A DNA stretch of 64,000 nucleotides. It comes from a virus. Its lineage: Duplodnaviria > Caudoviricetes. The stretch covers positions 1,710 to 65,709 of the IMG/VR virus record IMGVR_UViG_3300047160_011268, one strand, 5' to 3'. Of the stretch, positions 46,140 through 55,429 are shown one piece after another (within the stretch, counting starts at the first letter, position 1; each line of letters opens with the position of its first letter). The notes below the pieces were generated by a model, which searched no databases, was not told the DNA's origin, and saw only the letters and a list, made by a program, of their open reading frames with translations. A program made the position numbers and the translations under genes.

Positions 46140-47321
46140 TTAAAGATTGGTTATCCTCAATTCCGGGATTGCCGTCACCAGCACCGGGCGATATTCTGCA
46201 TTATCATAATGCGCCCGCAACTTGACGGTGATCGGTTCGCGCAAATTCCATGGAAACAACAGGATCGCCGCCGGCGGCTCGGTAGCGACCAAATGCTCGA
46301 ACGGCACGATCGGGATATTGGTTCCCGGAACCAGCTTGCCTTGCTTATACGGCGAATCATCGACGATAAAATACAGATCATCGCGATCAAGCCCGACATA
46401 ATTGCACAGCACCGTCGCCTTGGCCGGCGCCCCGTAGCCAACGATAATCCCCGGCGCGTCGGTCAGATATTCCCGCAGCGCGTTCTTGATCGCCCAAGCG
46501 TGACCTTGCATCGGCTGCTCGGCCGGCGACACTTGGCTCCTGCAGATCCGGCCAACCGATTCCTCGACCCGATAACGCGAATCAATCTTGCTCAAGAACA
46601 TCCGCACCGAGCCGCCATGGGTCGGCAGCTCCTCGATCCGCCACGGCCGCAAATCATAACGATCGGCCAAACGGCTGACTGCCTGCACGGTGATGTAGGA
46701 GTAATGCTCATGGTAGATCGTATCGATCTGGTTATATCTGATCAGGTTGGAGAATAGCGGAAACTCCAAAGTCGCAATGCCGTCAGCTGCCAAAGCGCCG
46801 GCGATGCCGGCCATGAAACCATTCATATCCGGGGTATGGGCAAAGACATTGGTGGCGTTGATCAGGGTGGCGTTGAGACCCTGGGCGCTATTGGCCCCCC
46901 AGAACTCGATCCGGGTCTTGATGCCGTGGTCTTCGGCAACATGCGCGACATTACCGGCCGGCTCGTAACCCAAGACCATGCAAGTATCGCGCAAATGCCG
47001 CAGAAAATATCCGTCGTTGGAGCCGATATCGATCACCAGCGAACTGGAGACCAGATCAAGCTCGTTGACGATGCGGTCGGCGAACGCTTTGCGGTCGGCC
47101 ACCCAGGACGGCGACTGCGACGAAAAGTAAAGATAATCGGAGAAGATCTGCGACGGATTGACGGTCTCGGTGAGCTGCCCCATGTCGCAGTCGCTGCAGG
47201 CCCAGACCTCAAGCGGATATTGCGGCTGATTGGCGTTCTTCTCGCGATAGTCGTTGGCGAGCGGGGATATGCCAAGATCGAGAAACGAACGACAATTGCC
47301 ACCACAAGCGCGACATTTCAT
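46140..47321 (-). CDS. NDP-hexose C-methyltransferase (Zn-finger plus SAM domain)
   Basis: CRACGG..CSDC Zn site, VIDIGSNDG, ATNVFAH, DTIYHEHYSY, VGYGAPAK, VDDSPYKQG. Confidence 0.9.
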   Translation of the reverse strand: MKCRACGGNCRSFLDLGISPLANDYREKNANQPQYPLEVWACSDCDMGQLTETVNPSQIFSDYLYFSSQSPSWVADRKAFADRIVNELDLVSSSLVIDIGSNDGYFLRHLRDTCMVLGYEPAGNVAHVAEDHGIKTRIEFWGANSAQGLNATLINATNVFAHTPDMNGFMAGIAGALAADGIATLEFPLFSNLIRYNQIDTIYHEHYSYITVQAVSRLADRYDLRPWRIEELPTHGGSVRMFLSKIDSRYRVEESVGRICRSQVSPAEQPMQGHAWAIKNALREYLTDAPGIIVGYGAPAKATVLCNYVGLDRDDLYFIVDDSPYKQGKLVPGTNIPIVPFEHLVATEPPAAILLFPWNLREPITVKLRAHYDNAEYRPVLVTAIPELRITNL

Positions 47322-48028
47322 GATCGTGTCTCCCAACAATGCAGCAGGGGAATGGTGCGGTAGTGCAGCTTTGATTGCTTCAGCCAATAGGTGAAGGCGC
47401 GCTCCATGACATAAGCCATTGGCCGCTTCTTATATTCTGAATTGTAGCTATCCTCGCCTTTGCAGCGGCCGTGCAGCTGCAACCGGATCAGCTCCAGCTC
47501 GTGCATGAGGCGATCGAACACCGGCCACGGGGTGATAAAGAGATACGGGAAAATCAACGCCGGCATCGGCTCGACCGGCATGATCTCGTAGCAGGTCAGC
47601 GCGTCGATCTCGGAGCGCGATTTGGCGAAGTCCTCCCAGATGTCGACCGGGATCGGGAACGGCTGGGCGACCAGCATATCGTAGCTCTCCAGCAGCCGCG
47701 TAATGTCGGCGCCATCCCATTGCGCCAGCCAGTTGCGATAGTCGTCGAAATCGCGCCGGCCGCAGCAATACCAGCCTGGTGCATGCGCCGGTGTCGCCCA
47801 ATCATAATCCTGCTCGTCAATCGGATAGAGATATTTGCGGTAGCCGAAAAAGCCGACAATGTCCGGCGGCTTGGTGTCGATATGCCAGACATTGTACAGC
47901 GCGCAATAGTCAGCATATTCCGAGCCGGGCTTGTCGCCCGCTCGTGTCACGAACGGCTTGATGATCCGGCCTTTCGGCTGCAGGTCATGGTCGCGGTGAT
48001 CGATCACCCACACTTCGATGGTCATCAC
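47318..48028 (-). CDS. DUF4422-like glycosyltransferase-associated protein
   Basis: VGFFGYRKY and RPMAYVMERAFTYW patterns. Confidence 0.65.
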   Translation of the reverse strand: MMTIEVWVIDHRDHDLQPKGRIIKPFVTRAGDKPGSEYADYCALYNVWHIDTKPPDIVGFFGYRKYLYPIDEQDYDWATPAHAPGWYCCGRRDFDDYRNWLAQWDGADITRLLESYDMLVAQPFPIPVDIWEDFAKSRSEIDALTCYEIMPVEPMPALIFPYLFITPWPVFDRLMHELELIRLQLHGRCKGEDSYNSEYKKRPMAYVMERAFTYWLKQSKLHYRTIPLLHCWETRS

Positions 48029-48696
48029 AGATCCTGAAAATCCCGCGATCCTCGGTCATGAACGAGGACGTTGTGCATGTTGCCGCGATAGGTGGTATGG
48101 CCCCATTGCGACGGCTCGATCACCCGCTCCTTCTCGACCACGAACACCGGCTCGTTGGCGCGCATGATTTGAATGGTGAGATTATTCGGGCCATGCTCGA
48201 ACTCGAGATAGCCTTCCTTCGATGTCTTGAAGTCGAATTGCTTGATGATGTTATAATAGCGCCACAGCTCGACCAGAATAGCCGTGTCCCGGACATGCAA
48301 GTTGCCCTCTTTTGAGCCGGTGCAACCGACCAGGCCGGCCGCTTTGGCCCGGTAGAAAAAATACAGCCTCGCCAGCCAATCTTTGTGCATCACTTCCGAG
48401 GTCGACACCAAGGTGCAGAGCAGCGGCTCGTTGACATGGTTGCAGGCCTCGAGGAAACAGCCGCCGCCGAAGGAGTTGAAATCCATGTAGTTGAAAATGT
48501 TGATGACGTTCAAAGGCTCGAACTGCTGCACCGCCCATTGCAGGTCCTCGCCGCTGGTAAACTCCTTGTAGATGATATAGACCTGACACTCGATGCCGGG
48601 TGGATGGAAGCCCCAGGAATCGACAAAGCGCGTGAAACGGCGTCGCCAATTCGGATCCAAGCCGCGGGCGATATAGACGACGCCGATCTCGCTCAT
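48025..48696 (-). CDS. putative GT-A-fold glycosyltransferase
   Basis: Operon context; GLVGCTG and HVRDTAIL; family not recognised. Confidence 0.45.
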   Translation of the reverse strand: MSEIGVVYIARGLDPNWRRRFTRFVDSWGFHPPGIECQVYIIYKEFTSGEDLQWAVQQFEPLNVINIFNYMDFNSFGGGCFLEACNHVNEPLLCTLVSTSEVMHKDWLARLYFFYRAKAAGLVGCTGSKEGNLHVRDTAILVELWRYYNIIKQFDFKTSKEGYLEFEHGPNNLTIQIMRANEPVFVVEKERVIEPSQWGHTTYRGNMHNVLVHDRGSRDFQDL

Positions 48697-49352
48697 AACG
48701 TCAGATCTCCAGTGACGTAAGTGGCACCCTGGATCACCCGCAGGTGCAGGTTCTTCATCCCTTCCGGGTCATACTGTCCCGAAGCCGTTGAGAGATGTGT
48801 TGTGATAGTTGCCGCCAAGTATGGTTGTTCAATGGACCGGTATCTTTCGTCATGAATTGCCGCCAAACCCGCATCGCGGCACGCAGATCCAACCCAACGA
48901 TCCTCGTAGTCGGGGTAACAAGGATACGCCAGCGCCGCTTCCATTGCGCGGCGAGAGAGCCAGTAAGCCGATCCGCCGCCGATGTGGTGTTCGTCGTAGG
49001 TGTGGAAGCCCCAGTAGTCGTGCCCGGCTCTGAGGTGTTCTTTGAGATTTCTGAGCAGCCGGGGGATGATGATGTAGCAGTCGGTCGGCGCGTAACAGAC
49101 ATGCGTATACCCCGAATTATAGGCCCGCTCTATGGCCTTTCTTGTTTTGTAGGAGGTGTTGGTGAGGCCGAAATCGACATCCACCCGTATCTCATCAGGT
49201 AGAAGTGCCTCAAAGCTTCGAGTTCGGTCGAATACAAATAGATGATCGAGGAAGTAGCCCCATGTATAGAGGTACGTCCCTCGACACATGTCGTTGGCTC
49301 CGTTGTCATGATCAGCCAGCCATGTTGAAACCATCAAGAGAGGTCGAGCCAT
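48693..49352 (-). CDS. GT31/Fringe-like glycosyltransferase (putative)
   Basis: YAPTDCYI, DYWG, GGGSAYWLSRRAM, EDRWVG. Confidence 0.65.
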   Translation of the reverse strand: MARPLLMVSTWLADHDNGANDMCRGTYLYTWGYFLDHLFVFDRTRSFEALLPDEIRVDVDFGLTNTSYKTRKAIERAYNSGYTHVCYAPTDCYIIIPRLLRNLKEHLRAGHDYWGFHTYDEHHIGGGSAYWLSRRAMEAALAYPCYPDYEDRWVGSACRDAGLAAIHDERYRSIEQPYLAATITTHLSTASGQYDPEGMKNLHLRVIQGATYVTGDLTL

Positions 49353-49379
49353 TTATTCCCATTCCGCGGTAAAGGGGGT

Positions 49380-50402
49380 CTAGGTTGGTTCTAGCCATTC
49401 AGGATTCTCGGTATACCAGTGCGCAGTTTGGATGAAGGATTCTTCCACCGTCATCGGCGACTTCCAGCCAAGCAGCGCCAGCTTTTCGCCGTTCAAGCCA
49501 TAATGACCGTCATGGCCCGGGCGCTGGTCGGTCACGATAATATCGACGGTCTTGGCTTCCTTGCCAAGCGCGCCGGCGATAAGCAGCACCAGCTCCTTGT
49601 TGTCGATTTGTTTATCGCCGACCACATTGAAGCGATCCGGCCGGTCAACGGTTCCGGGGACATGGACATACGGGTTACGGTTGCGGAGCAGATAAAGCAT
49701 GGCATCAGCAGCATTACGTGAATGCAGGTAGTAACGACTGCCATAGCTGTCTCCGAATTTATGCAACGGGATGACTTCGCCGCGCCGCAAAGCACGCTGG
49801 ATGATGCAAGGAAATTTGTGGCCGTTCTGCCGCTCGCCAAAATTGTTCATGATATTGACGAGAATCAGCCGCAAGCCGTAGGAGCGCCACCAGGCGATGG
49901 CAAAAGCTTCTTGCGCTGCCTTCGACGCCGAATACGGATTGCTGGGGACTATTGGATCCCACTCTCGATGAGTTGAGATGCCATCAGTGGGGCCGTAGAC
50001 TTCATCGGTAGATATATGAAGAAAGACTGGGCCAACATCATGCTGCCATTGCTGCCGAACGTATTCAACCATCGTGAGCATAACATCAGTGTTGGTTCGG
50101 ACGGCATAAGCCGGATTATCGAGGGATACATCGACATCGGAGATCGCTGCCAAGTTGATGACATAATCAACTGTGTTGCCGATCTTATCGGCCAAGATGT
50201 CGGAGATCGGCGCCGTCAAGTCATGGGTAAAGATCCGCACCCGCGGCGACCGATAGATCTTGTCATGCAGCCGATCGGACAGGCCCTTGTGGCGGAAGCT
50301 GTCGATGCCGGTAATCTGCCAGTCGGTGTTGAGCAAGAGATGCTCCGCTACGTGACACCCGATCGAGCCGCCAACGCCGGTGACAAGAACGTGCTTCATC
50401 AA
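49380..50402 (-). CDS. NAD-dependent sugar dehydratase (dTDP-glucose 4,6-dehydratase-like)
   Basis: TGVGGSIG, NLAA, HISTDEVYG, PSNPYSASK, NNFGERQ. Confidence 0.92.
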   Translation of the reverse strand: MMKHVLVTGVGGSIGCHVAEHLLLNTDWQITGIDSFRHKGLSDRLHDKIYRSPRVRIFTHDLTAPISDILADKIGNTVDYVINLAAISDVDVSLDNPAYAVRTNTDVMLTMVEYVRQQWQHDVGPVFLHISTDEVYGPTDGISTHREWDPIVPSNPYSASKAAQEAFAIAWWRSYGLRLILVNIMNNFGERQNGHKFPCIIQRALRRGEVIPLHKFGDSYGSRYYLHSRNAADAMLYLLRNRNPYVHVPGTVDRPDRFNVVGDKQIDNKELVLLIAGALGKEAKTVDIIVTDQRPGHDGHYGLNGEKLALLGWKSPMTVEESFIQTAHWYTENPEWLEPT

Positions 50403-51067
50403 TACCCCGTCAGCATTCGGGCGTTATGATCAGCAAGGTACCAGCGGATCGCCGGCCCAAGATTGAGCAGGTCAACCATTGCCAACATATTCACTTCCCA
50501 AGTCACATCACGCTGGGCCTGGACATAGGCCCGCGTCATGGCTTTGAAGGCACGATTGAGGGGAAAGACGTCGTCCCGTGGGACACACAACAAACTGCCG
50601 CAGAACCGCCAGCATGGATATGTTGTGTTGACTAACCTTCGCTCCCAACAGCCGGGAATTGCGAGATCGTTAACCACTATACGATCCAGAAACGCTGTCA
50701 AGGGCGAAGTTGAAAATCCTGGCAATGTCATAATTCCGTAATCCAACCAAACAAACGTCTCGGCGTCGGAATCCAAAAACGTGGCGCGCTCCAGCCATTC
50801 CAGCTTGTTGTGCTGAACCATATGATAATTCAGCGTATTCTTTGCCGGGTTATCGCCTTGCTGATGCTGCACCGGACCAGAATTCAAACGCTCGAGAAAC
50901 GACGCCATCCATAAATCAGCAAGCTCATCGTTGAACACATGCAGCGGGCGACCAGCCAAAGCGTTTTGTAATTCCACCCCGCGGCGTTGGTATTCACTGG
51001 CGGGTCGCGGATGCTTCGGAATTGGAACAAAAGCCGACACCACCTTTACTCTTGCTGCCCGCGACAT
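50399..51067 (-). CDS. HtrL/YibB-like glycosyltransferase-related protein
   Basis: HNKLEWL, FVWLDYGI, WRFCGSL, WEVNML; GGAG RBS. Confidence 0.65.
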   Translation of the reverse strand: MSRAARVKVVSAFVPIPKHPRPASEYQRRGVELQNALAGRPLHVFNDELADLWMASFLERLNSGPVQHQQGDNPAKNTLNYHMVQHNKLEWLERATFLDSDAETFVWLDYGIMTLPGFSTSPLTAFLDRIVVNDLAIPGCWERRLVNTTYPCWRFCGSLLCVPRDDVFPLNRAFKAMTRAYVQAQRDVTWEVNMLAMVDLLNLGPAIRWYLADHNARMLTGY

Positions 51068-53073
51068 ACAAAACTCCATACCTGCTCGGCCGGTACGCGG
51101 GCCAACCAAGCCTCGCAATCCTTGAAGCCGAAGCTGATGATTAAGTCTTGCGTCTGCGGGGCGAATGCAAGCCCTGCCGCGAATTCGATGACTTTGTCTC
51201 TAAAAAAGAACGGCCGCGATACTTTCCCCAGACAAAAGCTGTCTTGGTACCAGACGAAACGATGGGAGTAGTATCGCTGCCACGGTTTGTCGGTGAAGAC
51301 GTGGGCTTCATGGATGAGTCCGAGCCAGCCGTCGCGGTAGTGTACGAGCTGAGATCCGCCACTGAAGCTATCGGTTCGGAGCCGGGTGGTGCCGTGGTTG
51401 ACAAGGTCTTGTCCATGGTCGTCGACGACATGACCGGGCCGGTACATGAAGCGGATGCCGTCTCCGGCGATCGGCATCCAATTCTTCTCATAGAGTCGAG
51501 GAGCACGAAGCATTGGCCTAATGTCGTCAAGGCCAAGTTCTGCGTAGCCCCCGAGAGTGCCGGCTCCTCCAGCAGGTGCTCCAATTCTTGCAAGTGTTTG
51601 TTCAGCAAGTCCATCAGCACAACGCTGCCGGACAGTGGCGGCGATGTAGAGATTGTTGTCATGGTCGAAGATTCTGGCGTCTTCGAAGCCGACAACGAAA
51701 GGATATGCGCAAGCAATTGGCTCTCGCGGCGTGAGCTCGATCTGCGTGATTGAATGAAGCTCACGGTCAAGAGGCACCAGCCAATTGCGAGTGTTAATAG
51801 GATTAGTAGCATTGGCAGTGCCATCGGTAGCACGGATAAGATAGCGTCCATCGTCGTCCATCCTGTAGTTGACTGTCCGCACCAAGGCTTTGAGTTCGCC
51901 ACGGTGCACACAGATGCTGGGGTTCATCGCCGTCCAATGCTCTTCAGCGACGAACTCGATTTGCATCAGCCGTAGAGCAGGACAGTCAAAACCCAAAGGC
52001 CGCATGTAATGCAGCAGGTTAGAATCAGCCAACGCGGCAGAAAACTCATAGGCACCCCGAGTAAGAGCAAGCTCATCGCAAACCCGGAAACCATCATCAT
52101 AGCGCCCAGAGACATAAAAAGCGGCAATGGCGAATTCATCCTTCATCCCCACTTTATAGACGTAATCGTTAACGAACAGCGCATCGGTGGACAACGGGAT
52201 ATTAATACCGGCTTCAGAGAATACTAGCGACGCCGCGTTTTCACCTTTTTCCCGGTAGAATTTTGCAACGTCGTAAAGAGCTTCAGCGCGAGAAGGTCGG
52301 AAATTGTATGCAGCAAGATTGCATCGGAGGAACTCTCCAACATGACCCATGTCTCGGTGGCATGCTGCGAGACACGTCCACGCAGACCACACTTCTTCAG
52401 CCCAGCCGCCAAGGTCGACACGTCTCTGATACCACTCTGCTGCCTTAGCAAAGTCGCCGGAATCGCGATAACTCTGTGCGAGATAATAGTAGATGCGGTC
52501 TTGCGGTTGATCGCCACGGGCGAGTGCCTTTTCAAAGATAGCGATGTCACGTTTGAACTTCTCCGGCCGGCTGGAGCCGTCGGCATGATCGATGAAGTGC
52601 GCCTTCTGCAGCGGGATGCAGCCGCCGGTCGGAGCGTTGAGGAATTCATGGGTCGGTGTCAGATAAGTGGCAGTGGAGTGTCGGGAGAGCAGCCGGCGGT
52701 TCTGGTAATGCAGCGGGCCAGCAAGTTGATACATGTCGTGAGACTCGGCGAGGATACCGTACAGCCAGTCCGGGGACTTAACGACCAATTCCATATCCAG
52801 ATCCATGAGAAGTGCGTAATCCCATTGCAGATCTGATTTGCGAAGTAATGCCAAGGCTTCGTTGCGAGCTTGAGCGAAATCTTCAAATTTTGTATGCCCG
52901 ACAACGCAAGGAATTCCGTGTAGCGCGGCCCACTCTTGGAGGATTCCTACAGAATCATCCGTAGACCCGGTGTCCATCATAGCTACACCGGCAATGTGCG
53001 GGCGCACGCTCTCGGCAGCGCGGAGCAACCGCCCGCTTTCGTTTTTCATGATGGCGTTCCAGACTAATTTCAT
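51046..53073 (-). CDS. GT2 glycosyltransferase, TPR repeats and beta-propeller glycosidase-like domain
   Basis: AIMKNE, DTGSTD, FAQARN, MDLD; YYLAQSYRD TPRs; NPSI, FEDARI, EKNWMP, IEFAAGL. Confidence 0.85.
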   Translation of the reverse strand: MKLVWNAIMKNESGRLLRAAESVRPHIAGVAMMDTGSTDDSVGILQEWAALHGIPCVVGHTKFEDFAQARNEALALLRKSDLQWDYALLMDLDMELVVKSPDWLYGILAESHDMYQLAGPLHYQNRRLLSRHSTATYLTPTHEFLNAPTGGCIPLQKAHFIDHADGSSRPEKFKRDIAIFEKALARGDQPQDRIYYYLAQSYRDSGDFAKAAEWYQRRVDLGGWAEEVWSAWTCLAACHRDMGHVGEFLRCNLAAYNFRPSRAEALYDVAKFYREKGENAASLVFSEAGINIPLSTDALFVNDYVYKVGMKDEFAIAAFYVSGRYDDGFRVCDELALTRGAYEFSAALADSNLLHYMRPLGFDCPALRLMQIEFVAEEHWTAMNPSICVHRGELKALVRTVNYRMDDDGRYLIRATDGTANATNPINTRNWLVPLDRELHSITQIELTPREPIACAYPFVVGFEDARIFDHDNNLYIAATVRQRCADGLAEQTLARIGAPAGGAGTLGGYAELGLDDIRPMLRAPRLYEKNWMPIAGDGIRFMYRPGHVVDDHGQDLVNHGTTRLRTDSFSGGSQLVHYRDGWLGLIHEAHVFTDKPWQRYYSHRFVWYQDSFCLGKVSRPFFFRDKVIEFAAGLAFAPQTQDLIISFGFKDCEAWLARVPAEQVWSFVCRGQQE

Positions 53074-53163
53074 CTGGCCCGCCCCAAATAGGCAATAAGT
53101 GAGCGAGCGTTGCGGAGACGTCGTTCTTCAGCGAGTAGACCAAGCGGGACGGTCATGCGCGAA

Positions 53164-53185
53164 TGTGTCGCATACCTGCGACACA
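53164..53185. other. perfect 9-bp inverted repeat
   Basis: TGTGTCGCA-tacc-TGCGACACA between the collagen and GT genes. Confidence 0.7.
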
Positions 53186-53198
53186 GTGTCAACTTGAC

Positions 53199-53969
53199 TT
53201 AGCTGCTGCCTTTAAAAGGAAACCCTTCATCGAGGAAAACGCCGGTGTTGCCAAATCCCGGCAGAGCATAGAGCGCACCCGGGATGTGCCAGCGGAAGCC
53301 GATATTGAGGATCAGCACGGTATTGGCGACCGGCCCTGCCGGCCCTTGCGGCCCACCCTGGATGCCGTAGATGCCGTAGCCGCTCGGCCCCGATGGTCCC
53401 GGCGCATAAGGCGACTGGTCGGCATTGTACAGCACTGTGCCGGTCGGCCCGGTACCGCCCGTCGGGCCCGTTGCACCTGCGCCACCCGCTGGACCTTGCG
53501 CGCCCGGCGTTCCCGTCGGGCCCGTCAGGCCTGCAGCGCCGAACGCCGGCCCCGTCGGCCCGGTGCAAGTAACAGGTCCTTGCGCACCTTGCGGCCCGGT
53601 GATGCCGGTGATGCCGCCCGGACCCGTTGGCCCCGGCGGCCCGACCGCGCCTTGAACGCCTGTATAGCCCGTAGCACCGGTAACGCCACGCGGCCCACCA
53701 GGAGGGCCTGTCGGCCCAAAGTAGCCCAGTGCGTAACCGGTGTAACCTGTCGTGCCCGTAATACCCGTGGTGTAACGGACGAAGGTGCCGCCGGTCGCAC
53801 CGGTCGGCCCGGTATTCGTCCCCGCGCCAGTCCCTCCTCGTGGCCCTGCCGGGCCCGTGAAGGTTGAGGTGTTGATGGTGTGCGCCACCGACAGCATCGC
53901 CGCCGGCAGGGTGTTGTCATCGTAGGAGTCCGGGGCGAGATTGGGGAGCGGCGGGAAAATAGCCATCAC
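53199..53969 (-). CDS. collagen-like protein (putative head fibre)
   Basis: GPT/GAT repeats with short N- and C-terminal domains. Confidence 0.82.
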   Translation of the reverse strand: MMAIFPPLPNLAPDSYDDNTLPAAMLSVAHTINTSTFTGPAGPRGGTGAGTNTGPTGATGGTFVRYTTGITGTTGYTGYALGYFGPTGPPGGPRGVTGATGYTGVQGAVGPPGPTGPGGITGITGPQGAQGPVTCTGPTGPAFGAAGLTGPTGTPGAQGPAGGAGATGPTGGTGPTGTVLYNADQSPYAPGPSGPSGYGIYGIQGGPQGPAGPVANTVLILNIGFRWHIPGALYALPGFGNTGVFLDEGFPFKGSS

Positions 53970-54583
53970 ACAAGCCCCGATACTTTGAGAGCCAGCGCCG
54001 AGTTATCCCACCAGACCTGGCCGGTGACACCTGGATCGGCGAGCGGGGGATTGAAAATCTTGTAGTTCACGCCTGTCACACCGATCGGCCCCGTTGCCCC
54101 CGTCACCCCCATCATGCCGCGCGGGCCAGCCAAGCCGGCAATGCCGGTATTACCCGTGGGACCGATGCCAGTTGGCCCAACTGCTGTACCAGGAGCGCCT
54201 GCAGGGCCCTGAAAGCCAGTGGCATTGAGCGAGTTGGGTGGGCCTTGCGCGCCCACGGGACCTACCGGTCCGGAAGAACCCCCTGCACCTTGCGGCCCGG
54301 GCGGGCCCGTTACACCTGCTGCACCTACTGCACCTGTTGCACCTACGGGGCCTTGCGCGCCTACAGCAGGCCCCTGTGAGCCTGTCAGCGTGCCGGCCGG
54401 ACCTGCCGGGCCAGTGACATTGGCGAAGCCGGTCGGTCCCGTCGGGCCGGTAAAGCCGCCTGTGGTGCCGCCCGAATTGACCCAGTCAACGAGCTGTTTC
54501 AGCACCACCGATTGCTGGTCCGGCGCCAGGCTGGGAATTTCAGGGATCGGGCCGCCGGGGAATGCTGTTGCTTGCGTTGCCAT
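53966..54583 (-). CDS. collagen-like protein (putative head fibre)
   Basis: ATG 54583; G-X-Y tract; C-terminal [13 protein letters not shown]. Confidence 0.82.
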   Translation of the reverse strand: MATQATAFPGGPIPEIPSLAPDQQSVVLKQLVDWVNSGGTTGGFTGPTGPTGFANVTGPAGPAGTLTGSQGPAVGAQGPVGATGAVGAAGVTGPPGPQGAGGSSGPVGPVGAQGPPNSLNATGFQGPAGAPGTAVGPTGIGPTGNTGIAGLAGPRGMMGVTGATGPIGVTGVNYKIFNPPLADPGVTGQVWWDNSALALKVSGLV

Positions 54584-54585
54584 GC

Positions 54586-55203
54586 CTACCCCGCCGACCT
54601 GACGAACATCGAGAATTGCGCACCGCCAACCGTGCCGGTGGCGTTCGGATTGAACCACAACACGCCAGCAATATGCGGATCAGCCCAAGGCGGAATCCAC
54701 AATCCAGTCCCACCGGGGCCTAGTAGCCGCGTACCCGTGGGGCCGGTCGGGCCGGTCGGGCCTACGAAGCCTGGGTAGCCGGTGGCTCCGGTGGGTCCTG
54801 TTGCACCTACTGGGCCCGTCGCGCCTACGCGACTCGGTCCAGCCGCGCCCGTCTGCCCACCCGTGGGGCCAGCCGGGCCCGTGCCTGCATTGCCGGGACC
54901 AATAGCGCCTGCTGCGCCTTGCGGTCCCTGCGAACCGGTATTGCCGGTCGGGCCGGTACTGCCGGTCGCACCAGCGGCGCCTTGATGGCCCAATGAGCCG
55001 TCAGGGCCTGTCGGTCCAAGAGGACCCGTCGGGCCGGTCATGCCGGCGCCGGCGGGACCTGTTGGGCCTGTGGTCGATCCAGCGGGACCCGCTGGGCCAG
55101 TTGGCGCACCTGCCATACCGGCAACCATGGCTCCAACGACCTGCGCAAGAATCAACCCGCGTTGGTTGGCGTCGTATTGAAAGCTAGACGTGATGCCGGC
55201 CAT
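54586..55203 (-). CDS. collagen-like protein (putative head fibre)
   Basis: G-X-T tract; C-terminal [13 protein letters not shown]. Confidence 0.82.
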   Translation of the reverse strand: MAGITSSFQYDANQRGLILAQVVGAMVAGMAGAPTGPAGPAGSTTGPTGPAGAGMTGPTGPLGPTGPDGSLGHQGAAGATGSTGPTGNTGSQGPQGAAGAIGPGNAGTGPAGPTGGQTGAAGPSRVGATGPVGATGPTGATGYPGFVGPTGPTGPTGTRLLGPGGTGLWIPPWADPHIAGVLWFNPNATGTVGGAQFSMFVRSAG

Positions 55204-55258
55204 ATCAGGTCCTGCGCTCGATCACCTTGGACCCTACGCGATGCGCCTTATGAATTCC

Positions 55259-55429
55259 CTAAGATCGTCGTATCCGGCGTCGATTCCATACCCGCACGCA
55301 TACCACACACTGCCCGGTGCGGGTGTAACGCTCGGCGAAATGGCCATGTTTGCAAGGCAGCCCGGTACAGTAGAACCGGTAGTTAGCTTGCTTCGCCAGA
55401 GCTCTTGACACCAGAATCTTCTTGATCAT
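55259..55429 (-). CDS. small zinc-finger-like protein (below the ORF-track cutoff)
   Basis: MIKKILVSRALAKQANYRFYCTGLPCKHGHFAERYTRTGQCVVCVRVW..., 56 aa. Confidence 0.55.
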   Translation of the reverse strand: MIKKILVSRALAKQANYRFYCTGLPCKHGHFAERYTRTGQCVVCVRVWNRRRIRRS

